Assembly (NCBI GenBank): GCA_046563655.1
Contig: CM102284.1
Coordinates: forward strand, 3,286,001 to 3,350,000
Reading direction: 5' to 3'
DNA: 64,000 nucleotides
DNA from: Yuukianura sp. NJ FZ-2021
Lineage: Eukaryota
Positions 1 to 11,682 of this stretch are shown in pieces. The position numbers were made by a program, and so were the translations under genes. Numbering within the stretch: the first letter of the stretch is position 1; each line of letters opens with the position of its first letter. Under the pieces are notes generated by a model. The model had not been told where the DNA came from. It saw only the letters and a list, made by a program, of their open reading frames with translations, and ran no database searches.

Positions 1-1191
1 TGCGGGGCAGCCAACGACGAGTTCGCGATTGTTGCTAATTCGTTCAGATTCAATTCGCAAGTATACAGCGACAAAATCTTTTTTGCAATGATTGACTTTG
101 ATGAAGCTGGGGCCATCTTCCAATCGGTATTCTTGTTTTAAATAGTTAACATATCATATCCTCGCATCATATTTCTACATTACTTAAAACAAATCTATTG
201 TTTTTTTTAAGATGAAGCTGTACACTGCTCCCGTGTTTATCCACTTTCCAGCGAAGGGGAAGCCTTTGAACCAAGACAAGATGGACATTCAACGGTTTGG
301 AGTAGAAGCTGAAGCCATTGCTCGCTGGATTGCTGACCGAACTGACGTTCAAGTAAGGCGTTGACGAATTGGTTCTTTACGTGAAACAAATTATATCGCA
401 CGGGCACATAATGATGGATTCTTGTGTTGCAGATTCGAATCTTTAGGCCGCCAAGTTACTCTGGCACAATGGCGCTAATCATCGTTACTGTTTTGGTTGG
501 AGGTCTTCTTTATCTCAAGAGAAACAATCTGGAATTTCTGTACAACCGACCGGCATGGGGAATTGCATCTTTGGTATGAGTTTTAACATCCTATTTACAA
601 TTTAAGATGCGGATCTCTCTTTATCTTAACGTTTCTTAATTTTTTTTTCAGTTCATCGTTTTTTGCTTCACGTCTGGTCAAATGTGGAACTCTATCAGGT
701 ATTTCAGTTCGCAGTTTTAGCAAAAACGTTAACTGAATTCGAGTATCACTTGTTCAGATCTTTCATTTCCTAATTTCATTTCACTAAATCTAACGTTAAA
801 TTGAAACTTGATTGTTTTTAGAACACCGCCAGTCGTAAGCCGAACACAAAATGGTGGGATTTCCTACATTCACCGTTCCTCTCAAGGTCAATTGGTCATT
901 GAAACTTACATCGTGTTTCTCTTGAGTAAGTAAAGCCATTCCAGATTCCAATATCACTACTATAGATAGTAATATTGCCACTTGATTATAATCTTCTTCT
1001 CCTTCACAGATGCAGCTATTACGCTCGGCATGATTCTGCTAATCCACGCTGGGAAAGGAAAGGGTGACATCCGGAAGCGGCGAATCATGGTCATCGTCGG
1101 ACTCGCTCTTTTTGCAATCATGTTTGGCATGCTTCTGTCCATCTTCAAGAGCAAAGCCTCTGGCTACCCATATTCCTTCATTATCAACTAA
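1..1191 (+). CDS. MAGT1: Oligosaccharyltransferase OST3/OST6-family subunit (MAGT1/TUSC3-like), 5'-truncated by the window edge; exons 1-126, 212-352, 433-573, 652-698, 822-925, 1010-1191
   Basis: Spliced translation gives ...[94 protein letters not shown], which are family hallmarks. All introns are GT-AG with consistent phase. MAGT1 vs TUSC3 cannot be distinguished. Confidence 0.92.
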
Positions 1192-1383
1192 TTACTTACT
1201 ACAGTCCAGCTTACCATCATACTTATTCTTACGAATAAAACATCACCCACATTTTTAGAATAGTTAATTCCTTTTCCTTGTTTTTAAAGAAAAAGAAGTG
1301 ATTTGTGATGTTTAAATTGCGACATTTAATTATTGAATTGTACTTATTACATTATGTTACAGTTGGAACCATTTGTTTAGATC

Positions 1384-2774
1384 TTAGTAAATGTATGGGA
1401 TAATTGCCTTTCGGTTCTTCGGATACTCAGGAAACTTTCGTTTGTACCACAAATGGTTCATCCCACCAGCAGTAACCTTTGAACGAAAAATCAGCATGTA
1501 AATCATTTTATTTACATTTTACTTTACTAGTTGTGACTCACGACTTCTGACTTTGTGTGACTCTATTCGTGACATGATTTTCATTGAAATTCGATTCTTA
1601 CCTGATTTGCAAAAACCCAAAACAAAACTGCGAGCCAGCAGGAGTTCTGAAAAGACAGCATGAGGGCAAAGGATATGTAGATTAGGATTTCAGCAAAATA
1701 GTTCGGGCACGAAACGAGTTCAAAGAGGCCTCCGCGTGGGATTTGGTGATTGCGAGTGACGACCTTGTCACCTGAATAAATTAGAACAAAATTAGTTTAA
1801 ATTGTTCCGAGTTTTGACAAGCTACAACAGAAATTGCACAACAGGAATATGAATTAGTACCTTTCTTCCGTAAATTGGCGAAAATCACATGAGCTTTGTT
1901 TTGTTGAATGTTTCCATACAGGAATAAGACGATTCCCATCCACTGCGCAACTCCAAAATCGTTCCAGTTCCAAGTCCAAGTGGACATCACTACATAACGT
2001 CACATCCAAACCAAAGGTAAATATCATCACTAAATGTAAAAATTATGAATTTAGTTAGAAATCTTTACCGTTTGCGCTCTTGGACTCTCCAGTAAATCCT
2101 GGATTGTTAGCGATTAAGCTGAGTGCCGATCCAGTGTAATGCACGAAAGCTACGACGTAGTGTATTATGTTCATTTTCGTATCCCCGTACACGCTCACAT
2201 ATTTTGATTCGTACAAACGCCGAGTAACATGGAACAGGAACAGAAACGACACTAGAAGTGCAGTTGAATGAGGGATCACTGAAAACAGCACAAAGAAAAG
2301 ACATACAAGTTAAAACCGCAACTTGTTGCATACGAATTTCTTTTCTTTCAACTTACCAAATGTGTTTTGAGAAGTTGGCACCAGATAATGCACAATGCTG
2401 GACAGCCATCCGTAAATACTGGATTGGTTTGGATCCGACCCGCGGACATAGAGATTCACGAGAGTGAGGAAAATGCCGGACTGCGCGATGGCAATGTAGA
2501 GGTAAAAGTGGGCGAACCAGCTACAAAATTCAAAAAATTGTTAATTTCAAGTAGAAGTTCTTGATAAAAAGATGGAGATGTTTCACCTTTTTGGAACCTC
2601 GATCGATCGTACAAACGCAGGCTTTTCCTTGGACGGAGCATTGGCTTTGCCGTAGCGACCTAACTGGAGTATCACAGCCGGAACGGTAATAATTCCATGC
2701 TCAAAAAGACCAAGCAAGGAAATGAATATGCCAAGAACTACGTACAAAACTATGATCACATTGATTTCGGACAT
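1384..2774 (-). CDS. SRD5A3: Polyprenol/polyprenal reductase (steroid 5-alpha-reductase 3 family), multi-exon
   Basis: Motifs include LGRYGK..EVPKR, HVTRRLYESKYVSVY..KMNIIHY, QQNKAHVIFANLRK, HQIPRGGLFELVSCPNYFAEILIY and C-terminal HLWYKRKFPEYPKNRKAIIPYIY*. Confidence 0.92.
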
Positions 2775-3340
2775 GTTTGAACACAATAAAGCACAGCCCG
2801 TATAGGAAACCAAGAAAGATTAAAATTACTTAATAAAATTCTTATTTATGAATCTCAGGCACAATTCATATGAAAAAATACAAAAACGAACTTTGCGCTA
2901 TACAGTCCACAAGGGCGAGTTGAGTATTTTAGATTAAGATTAGTAAATCAAAAACTGAAGTGGAAGAAACAACAATAGCAAAGTTGTGAACTATGAAGTA
3001 TGAACTATGTTCTGACCGTTCAAAGGTAGATGCCAACAACCAAGAAACTTCTAGAAAACGCCAAAAGCTTGCGGATGCGCTCAACGTTAATTTCTGTAAG
3101 GAATTACCGATCTATTTTTAGATTTCGTATTGACGGACAGTTGACTACTGCGATATGGAACGTAGCGCCTGATGCAAAACTCTATGTGCTGCTTGATCCG
3201 AATGACTTTGCTGAGGAAAATTCAAAAATCAGTGAGACATTTTAATTTCGTTCAGCGTATTCATTTGTTTCGATAAAACATGTAGATTTAAGATGAAAGG
3301 AATCATAGAGTTGTTGTTTGACAACCTTTATAGGTCGATA

Positions 3341-3747
3341 TTATTCATCACACTCGTAGTCCGCAGGATTCTTACGCTTGGACTTCTTGTTTATTGCATT
3401 TGCTTGAGTGTAAACCAGGAAGAACAATGCAGCGACTGAAAATAAACAAATAAGCGGTATTTAGACCTTAAGGAATCTACGTCGATTGGCATTAGCATCA
3501 TCCGAGCGAACTGGATCTATAAATGTCGATCGTGTTTCGTGTGTCAGAAATTGGCAATTGATGAAGGATGACTATTTAGTGACTTACATGGAACGGTGAT
3601 AAAAACGCTTTCCCTGAAGCGTCTGAAGGTATTTGGGACCCCCTTGGAAAGTATTCCAGCCAACGCCCTTTGCTCGTAGGGAGAAATTGAGTAAGTGATG
3701 AGTCCCCGAATCTTCACACCCAAATTTCCGAATGCCAAATGACCCAT
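3341..3747 (-). CDS. UQCRQ: Cytochrome b-c1 complex subunit 8 (QCR8); exons 3747-3588 and 3435-3341
   Basis: MGHLAFGNLGVKIRGLITYSISPYEQRALAGILSKGVPNTFRRFRESV..KSKRKNPADYECDE* matches the UQCRQ pattern. Confidence 0.93.
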
Positions 3748-5045
3748 GACCACCAGGATTCGTCGTCCAATCGACGATTTTCGTTCAATGTCGTAACTCA
3801 CGACTCGTAAGACCGGAGTCGATGACAGAATGTTGAAGAGAAGTGAATCTGAATGACGAAAATATGTAAAACAACACCAAACACTGGAAAAATAAATAAC
3901 AAAAATTACAAAGACGAGAGAGAACAAAACTCAAAGCATAGAACAAAGGATTCAAAAAATTTGGAGTATTTGGTAGCGCGCCAGACCATACCATCCCTTG
4001 GCTATTCGTTGCCAGCCAGCGGGTTGGAGTAAGGTTGAACAATAGTAATTGTTACCACATGGCATAGCTACTTTGCGGCTTTAATCGGTGAACGATGAAG
4101 TGCCTTCACTATGTGGGGATGCTTAGTTTCGTTGCCATTTTAGGTTGGGTTTAGTTACGTTAGAGCGTTCACAAAAGATGCCATTTAAGGTCATGATGAT
4201 GATGGCTACATTTTGAGGTTATTTTTCTATTGTTGTTAATACTTAACCGAAAACCGACAATTTAGTTTCCACCAGAGATGGTGCGCAACGCAGGTTACAA
4301 TAAATGCTAAGTATCAATGGCGTCTGCGAAAGTGAAAGCACAACTTTCTAACTATTCGATAGGGACTCCGGCCTTTATTTACATTCACCATTAATTAAAT
4401 TGCAATGAATGAATAATTAAAAATTTCAAAGATTTCCCATTTTTGTATCATATCTGAAATATCATCTCACATATTAGTTTAAGTTTGGATGATTATTTTT
4501 TAAGAAGATTGAAGATGACATAAGGAGTTTCCTGGCGGAAGAGACCTTGAAGATAGAACTGGTTCCTTCCAGTTTCAAATTGAAACTTCCAATTCCAGTT
4601 CCGCATCCGCTTCCTTTATGGCAAACCAGTTTCAGTTTCTTCCTCTAATGGAGATGAATCAGACTCAACTTCCCTAACTTACTTTGGAAAATCATCAAAA
4701 TATGAAATCAAAAGTCAATTGACCATTGGAATTTTTTATTAATCAGACAATAGTTCATGAGCCTTTGGAATAAAAATTAATTTTGGAAATTCTAGAAATG
4801 ACGAAGGACTTATCCACCATGACTTTTGAACGTGTTTTAGCAATACTACTGCTACTTTATTATTCTAAATTACTAATAATTGGTAAAGCTCTACCCAGAT
4901 GTGATTACCAGTACATGCAAGTGGCAAGTTATCCATCACATTCATCACACCTCGTTGTTTTTTTGTGACACAAAGCCTCGTAGTGAGTGCAATGGCTTTA
5001 AACAATAAATTAGTTTATGCTTGACCTAGAAGGTGAACGGTTAGC

Positions 5046-5210
5046 TATAAAAGTGAGTGTAAGTGGGTGAATGTTTCTCCAGTGCGTAAGTGGGCGTTTG
5101 GCAGGGAAGCTGGAGTGCCGTGTGTCAGTCATGTTAGGCCAGAGGTCAACTAAGACCAAAGACTACAGTTGATTCATTCCAGTGACAAACACAAACGATA
5201 TACCGGCACG
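5046..5210 (+). promoter_or_regulatory. Candidate TATA box (TATAAAA 5046-5052) and non-coding first exon of the DH44 gene
   Basis: TATAAAA lies about 30 bp upstream of a CCAGT Inr-like sequence. A G|GTAATC donor follows at 5210/5211. The DH44 coding exon begins right after an acceptor AG (6179-6180), so an upstream non-coding exon is expected. Confidence 0.45.
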
Positions 5211-6185
5211 GTAATCAAAAATAATTTTGCAACATTTTGCATTAAACTAAACTTCAAGAAACGCATAGTCAATTGAACTACACAAGGGTAAACACCTCTC
5301 TCACAACTTTAGAATTTACACCAATAAGCTTATAAAGTAGTCAAATGTTGACATTCCGGCGTGGGTTAACATTCTAATCACAGACATTACAAACTTACAA
5401 GCAGACATTTAAAAAAATTACATTCCAACTTATTTAGATTACAATTTCGATTTCAGTTAAAAATCGCTCGCCAAACTCCAAAATTACGCTCAAACATTTT
5501 TTCACTTTTATTTTCTCTCAGAAGTTTGTTTTTACTTTTCTTGGAATACAAAACGCTCGCCAAAAAACTTTTAGAAAACAATGGTCAATTAGCATTATGA
5601 CATTGAGAGGCTAAAGTTAACTTTTGATTATGGTTTTAGTAAAAAACAGTAACTTTGGAGTGGTTCAGACTTTGAGAGGGTAATAAAACTTTGACATGCG
5701 GATAACTTCGTTAAAAGTTCAAGTGAGTTGGCATGTTGGCAACTGAAGAGTTGGCCTTCCCTCCACTTCAGTGGAAAATTCTAAATGACCATTCTGAAAA
5801 AAAAAATTGCGATATTTTGTCCAATTTAAGCTCAAGTTCAGTAACTTGACATCTTTAAAGCAGCTGAATCTGCTGTATTTAGAATCCGTTTAAACTTTTT
5901 GTACACTTTTACTACTTCACAATTTGCTTTTGACTTGTTTAACTTTTGCTGATTTGTTAAATGGCGTGAGCGGAACGTGACACAGTCCAAAGTTGCCCAA
6001 CAACTGAATCTGTCTGTTGCATCTTTCCTTAAAAATGTTTTGTAAGTGACATCGCAGTCACTTAAGAGTACAACTTATTAAAATGCGATAAGCTTAAACT
6101 GACAGTTTACGATGCACGATGACACAAAGCGGGCGTTTGAAACAAAAGGTTATTCAGATTTGTTTTAATGTCTTTGATAGGAACG

Positions 6186-6866
6186 ATGCCAAGCGACTCT
6201 CACTCTGCAGCTACTACTAGCCTAAGCCTAGTCAGTGAAGCTTATCATGGCGGGGAGTGCCGACACAGTAGGCCAGCAACCTGTCACTCCGCCGGCTCCA
6301 GCACTCCTGTGCTCCAGAACCTCATGAAGTCCCGACGTGCCGGATGCCAGACCGGGTCAAGGTCGAGGTCAAAATCCCCCTCGGTCACCACTGCGACACT
6401 GTTTCTGTTGGCGTTGCTGGCGCTGGACTTATCACGGGTGTCGTGTATGCCAATTCTAGCGACACAAACAGAATTCCCCTCCAGTGACGCTTCAGTGTCC
6501 AAACAATATCATCACCACCATCGTCACCATCATAGACACCACCTTCATCGTGAAAGACACAAAAACCACCACAAACACCTCCAATTCGAGAGCGTCGAGG
6601 TAAGAATGCTCAACAGTTCTATTTTTCTGCTATACGTGATCGAAATGACGTAACTCCTACATTGTATACACTATCTTGTCACAAACATTTTAAAGCAAAT
6701 ACTTCTATTTTTGCAGATACTTGACACAAGTGGTTCGCTCTCAATAGTTACTCCACTGGATGTCCTGAGACAGAACATGATCTTGGAGATTCAGCGCAAA
6801 CGCCTCCGTGAAGCCAAAGACAAGCAGGTCAAAATCAACTCAGAATTCCTGGAACGAATTGGATAG
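6186..6866 (+). CDS. Dh44: CRF-like diuretic hormone (DH44) precursor; exons 6186-6599 and 6717-6866
   Basis: The last exon encodes ILDTSGSLSIVTPLDVLRQNMILEIQRKRLREAKDKQVKINSEFLERIG*. This has the SLSIVxPLDVLRQ...N..FL..IG signature and a terminal Gly for amidation. The hydrophobic segment TATLFLLALLALDLSRVSC is signal-peptide-like. The start codon is uncertain (6186 or 6323). Confidence 0.88.
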
Positions 6867-7827
6867 GCTCTCTCTCATAGTTAGGCGCTCCCGTTCGTTC
6901 GTTCCAGCGATGTCCAAACACACGCTCCTAACTTATTTCCAACGAAAATATCGCAAGAAATCGAATAAAGGCAACGACCACAATTTCCAGCCTCTTTTCT
7001 ATGACCACCGTTTCTAAAATCTAGAGCTTAGAGCTTTATATATTGCATCAAGCGTATAACTTTAATTATTTCGCCTGAATTAAAATAATTCCTAGCATAG
7101 GAAACTCATCTCATCCATGAGACTGATCTTCAAATAAAATATTACAATTTCTAAATGAATCGTATTATTGACATAATTCTGAATCAATTTATACAATAAC
7201 TTACACTTTTTGTAGAAGCTAGTTTTCCATTGTGATTAACGTGTTGCTGTTTTAGGCGTCTTTGACGAACAATAATACAATGCATTCGGAAAATAAAACT
7301 ATGGGGGTGGGGGTTTAGTTTTATCGTTAGGTAATTGTCATTAAAAGTAAGTTAATCAATGGTTTCGAAAGAAATTTTTTTAGCTACTATTAGTGATCGT
7401 TTCGCTATAAATTAATGATAGCAGCAGGAAAACTTCGATTAGGTTGAACTTACTAAATTACGTTTACATGTTATTGAGCAGTGTTGCTGGATATCCACTT
7501 ATTTTGACATTTCATACATGGCTGTGCATCCACTGCTGGAAGAAATGGACGAAATAGATGAATCCAAAGGGGCGGAGCTTGCCCTCGGGGTTGGAATTAT
7601 TTAAATACAAAAAGCTGAAACAATGAAAACATATAGTACAAAAACGTAAAACGGAGTACATTATCGTTTTAAAACAAAGTTTAATTATTTAATTTTAACG
7701 GCAAAAGAAAAGCTTTTGATATTATTTTATAATTTTAAATTTCAATTTCGCTCTAAATTTTTGATTTCTTCCATCCATTAATAGTTTCGTCCATTCGAGG
7801 CGCATTTCTTAGAGTGGATTAATTTTC

Positions 7828-10289
7828 TTAACTTTCGCTTCGAGGTAAATAGACGTTCCGTTTCAGACATGAGATACGACAGTCAAGGCACTCCGATTTT
7901 GTAGTATAAATAGAACCACAAAAGCAGCGATGACATTGGTTTTGATGTTCCTCCCGGGTCATACTAAATTCTGTGTATGGTAAAAGACAGTTGCGACAAA
8001 ATTTACAATGGAACAACTTATGGGCTTCAAAGTCGGCAACATTCTCCATGTTTTTGCTGCAAGAATTGCAGAAATTACACCCCGGATACTTTTGGCCACG
8101 TTCTCTGTCTGAAAAGAGATGCCGAACTTTTCCCCCTGGCTGGAAAGAGAAAGCCAACCGTTAAAACTGCTGGTGACGAATTGTTCATCATCATCTTCAT
8201 CATAGATAACTTACCGTAAAACAATGTTGGAAGCAGACGCACGACGAACAGCGTAAGGCGTGAGAGTCTCCTGAGGATACCCATAATGTTCGATAACACC
8301 CACAGCGTTGATCTATGCGTGTTGTAGGATCATGCTCCAACACGTGCTGGGCGAATTCCTCGGGAGTGAACTTTATGGGAACCGGAACAGCAGTGCGGAG
8401 ATTGTGCGACTCCTCATCGCCCTGGGCATAACATATCCCGCAATGGTAGACTCCCACTTCGATTGATGTCGTAGTTAATAAATACTTAGGGAAGGACACT
8501 GGCCACCGAGAAAGAGGAGGAAAAACAGTATTTTAGCTCCGGACATTAAATTGAGAGTGTTTGACCCTTACTCTTAGCTTGGGACTGTGGAATTCTCAAG
8601 GTGACCGCGCTACCGGAACTGTCCTTCCATCGACTTACTACGCGGCTTTCCCCGCATTTTCTCAATTTCTCTTCGAATCTAGCAATTTCTTCGGGAAAAT
8701 CCGTTTCATTGCAGTCCAGAATAAAGCTACTGTAAATATAAACGTTATCTGTTATCATCCCTATTTACAAATAAGCAAATAATCCCATACCCTGTCACAA
8801 AATAACGTAAGCCAGTATGGTCGCGACTTAAAGTTAGGCCTTCACTGCCGAATACACCTCGCCCATTCAGTAACTATAGAGAGTTAGAACAAAATGGTCG
8901 TTGTAATTTTTCGGTTTTTGGAGTTTGTCATAAGTTCAGTGCATACCATTTGTTTGAGACGAGGATCCTCTAAATGTTCAATTAGACATTTGCTAGTCTT
9001 GGACATCGAACTTGCTGTCTCGGGTATAGCCTGCTTACACTGGGCAACATGGAAATCGATATTGTCGCTGTTAGGTTCGTTTAAATTCTGTAACGCAATA
9101 CATAATGTCGTTATTGAGCTTTCACATCCATATAGAGTGGATGAAAATCCAACCTCAGCGTCATATATTCGGGATAGCATCGGGTAGATCGGCCCCAGCA
9201 GTTTTATATAATCGAGAAATTCGTCATGATATGCATTTCTCATATTTAATATTGGATCCTTCCAAATAGCACGAAGACACCAAATTGCTAATGTCCGTTG
9301 AGGAATTATCTCATATTCAAGGATCCACTGGAATCATCAACGTATGTGAGGAGAGGATGATGATTAATATAAAACTTCATAGAATCAATAAACCTGGTAA
9401 CTTACATTAAAACAATGCACTGTGTCCGACGGCTCACGTGTCGCTGACGAGTCGGAAAATGGTTCACTCATCCAATGACAAAGTAGATTTAATAAATAAC
9501 TAATTTCATCGGGTGTTGATGTTACGCTCTTGAAAAACGCGACAATACAGCTGTCGCTTAACTACATCAAACGTGACAGAAACGATAAGAAAAAATGGTT
9601 CCATGCCATTGCATCAATTGAGTTGTGTCAACGACAATTGTATCGATTAAATTGTGTCAATTTGAATTGCAGCAACGAGCCAATTGTGTCAACAAGCAAA
9701 TTGTGTGAACTAGCGAATTGTGTCAACTACAGAATTGCATCAACCATAGAATTGCATCATTCTTCCTCCGAGGTTCATCTTCTGGGTTGCCAGCGACGAT
9801 TTGGATCATCCACATCTCAGTAAGGCTTAGCATCAAGGATGTGCTAGTTGACAAAACTCATCAGTTGACACAATTTCCCAGTTGATGCAATTCGCCAGTT
9901 GACACAATTGGCTCGTTGGTCGTTGATACAATTCAAATTGACACAATGCAATTGATACAATTGTCGTTGACACAATTCAGTTGATCCAATTGCGTGCACC
10001 CGGAAAAATAACTTGGTGATTTTCTGTTATTATAACTTACCTCTCGTCGCCAGTTGTTGGCACGCAATGTCAACTTTAAGGCAGCAAAAAAAGTACCACA
10101 GAGTTCACTTGTTAACTTGCGCTTGGTGCAATATTCCAGGATTATATCGAATTTCCAAGGGGTACGAGCACGTTTGGCTATCACTCGATCTCGTCTCCAC
10201 ATAAGAAACACATTCTCCACCGTTCGGCGTATATGAGCAAGGGCATCTGAATGTGTATTTTCATTCGATAGAATTTCATTGGATGACAT
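7828..10289 (-). CDS. Uncharacterised ~540-aa protein with C-terminal Cys/His zinc fingers; 7 exons: 10289-10041, 9561-9406, 9327-8947, 8873-8791, 8729-8572, 8498-8215, 8139-7828
   Basis: Five separate track ORFs plus two short exons join in frame through six canonical GT-AG introns (1623 nt, no internal stop). It contains a canonical C2H2 motif (CNSC-x12-HKLFH), a C2HC motif (CRNC-x13-HQNQC) and CGIC...HVLEH. Confidence 0.75.
9597..10001. mobile_element. Non-autonomous foldback/MITE-like element with modular TIRs, inserted in intron 1 of the Zn-finger gene
   Basis: Starts GGTTCCATGCCATTG and ends CAATTGCGTGCACCC. The arms are inverted arrays of AATTGTGTCAAC-like sub-repeats (e.g. CAACGAGCCAATTGTGTCAAC vs GTTGACACAATTGGCTCGTTG). 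The flanks AGAAAAAAT/GGAAAAATA resemble a degenerate TSD. Confidence 0.8.
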
Positions 10290-10927
10290 CCTGAGAGACG
10301 TTACAATATTTATTTTCTCATACTAGTCCATATCGTTTAATTGTTGTCACTTTGTCATAGCAGTTAGTCCCACCAAATCCAAAGAGGGTATCCGGTGTCA
10401 CTACACTTAACAGTATTAACCCAGTTTAACGAATTAGATGAACTTAAGTAAGCAGTTTCCAGGTAACTTTCTCCCTCTTCACAAAATTTGATTTCTCGCA
10501 GAAAAGAAAACCCCACAGAAAAATGTTTGCCAGGACTGATAAACTATACGCATGAGGCGTGAGAGCAACAACCTTGGTTGCATCAATGGAACTGATTAAC
10601 TTCGGAAGAAGCGTATCTTTATCTTACGCATTGGACACACCACCATGGTATACACTAAAAGTTTAGGTTTAGCTTCGGCATTAAGGAGTAAGAAGTAGCG
10701 TAGTTGCCAAACTTCAAACTTAACACAAACCATCATGCTACGTATAGGGTAATATAGCGTTGACAAAACATCAGAGAAAACTAACGCCACACCGAACCAC
10801 GAAAAGCGACGGAGTTGACTTTTGTGGCTTTTGGAGGGACTCTTTCACCTGACAAACTCACTTCGGAGAGGACGGTACTAAGACCAGAACACACTTCGGA
10901 AGAGGCGGTACTACTTCTTCCGGACAC

Positions 10928-11682
10928 AGTGGATTCTCTAAATAAGGGAAAAAATCACGATTGGAGGATTGGTAGTAGGCGCCTCCCCCAGTACCGTAAG
11001 ATTTCTGGTAAACGGTCAGTTATATGGAATTTAAGGCTAGGAACACCATTCTAATGAAAATTTCCTGTTTCCAAGTTCAGAGTATATAATTAATATTAAT
11101 ATATATAATATTCATATATTAATGCTAATTATATGTGATATCTATATACGTATCAATACTATATGGTATATTATATGCAAATTACGTTGTGAATGTCACC
11201 CTTATTAAACAGGTTATATAATATAATATATTATATACAGCGCGCAGTTGCGCAGTTTGTGCGCAGTTGCGCAGTTTGTGCGCAGTTGCGCAGTTTGTGC
11301 GCAGTTGCGCAGTTTGTGCGCAGTTGCGCAGTTTGTGCGCAGTTGCGCAGTTTGTGCGCAGTTGCGCAGTTTGTGCGCAGTTGCGCAGTTTGTGCGCAGT
11401 TGCGCAGTTTGTGCGCACTTGCGCAGTTTGTGCGCAGATATATATATATATATAGCATAACTATATAAATATTATATATATTAATATTAGTTAATTTCAT
11501 TTAATTATCTAATTACTTTTGTTTCGCACCAAAAAAAAATTAACCAAAAAAAACAATCGTAAAAAATAAGCCGATAAACTAAAACATACGTTCCCTCCAA
11601 AATTAAAACTTTACGGTACCGCGACTTCGAGTGAAAGTGAGAAAGAGGAGAAGCTCCTGTCCCTTAATTTAGAGAATCCACT
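10928..11682. repeat. Concentric inverted repeats (10928-10949/11660-11682; 10991-11004/11606-11619; AT-rich ~11086-11135/~11445-11497), probably nested MITE termini
   Basis: Three arm pairs can be read directly: AGTGGATTCTCTAAATAAGGGA vs TCCCTTAATTTAGAGAATCCACT; GTACCGTAA vs TTACGGTAC; TAATATTAATATATATAATATT vs AATATTATATATATTAATATTA. Confidence 0.75.
11242..11436. repeat. Tandem minisatellite, ~10 copies of 19-bp GCGCAGTTGCGCAGTTTGT
   Basis: Near-perfect array with one visible substitution near 11418. Each unit holds two TGCGCA palindromes. The array is flanked by (TA)n-rich DNA. Confidence 0.97.

Noticed and set aside
11182-11500. Five overlapping repetitive ORFs (CATAHKLRN.../CAVAQFVRS...) and a CRISPR-like appearance
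   Set aside because: They are translations of the 19-bp minisatellite. There are no unique spacers or cas genes, and the context is eukaryotic.
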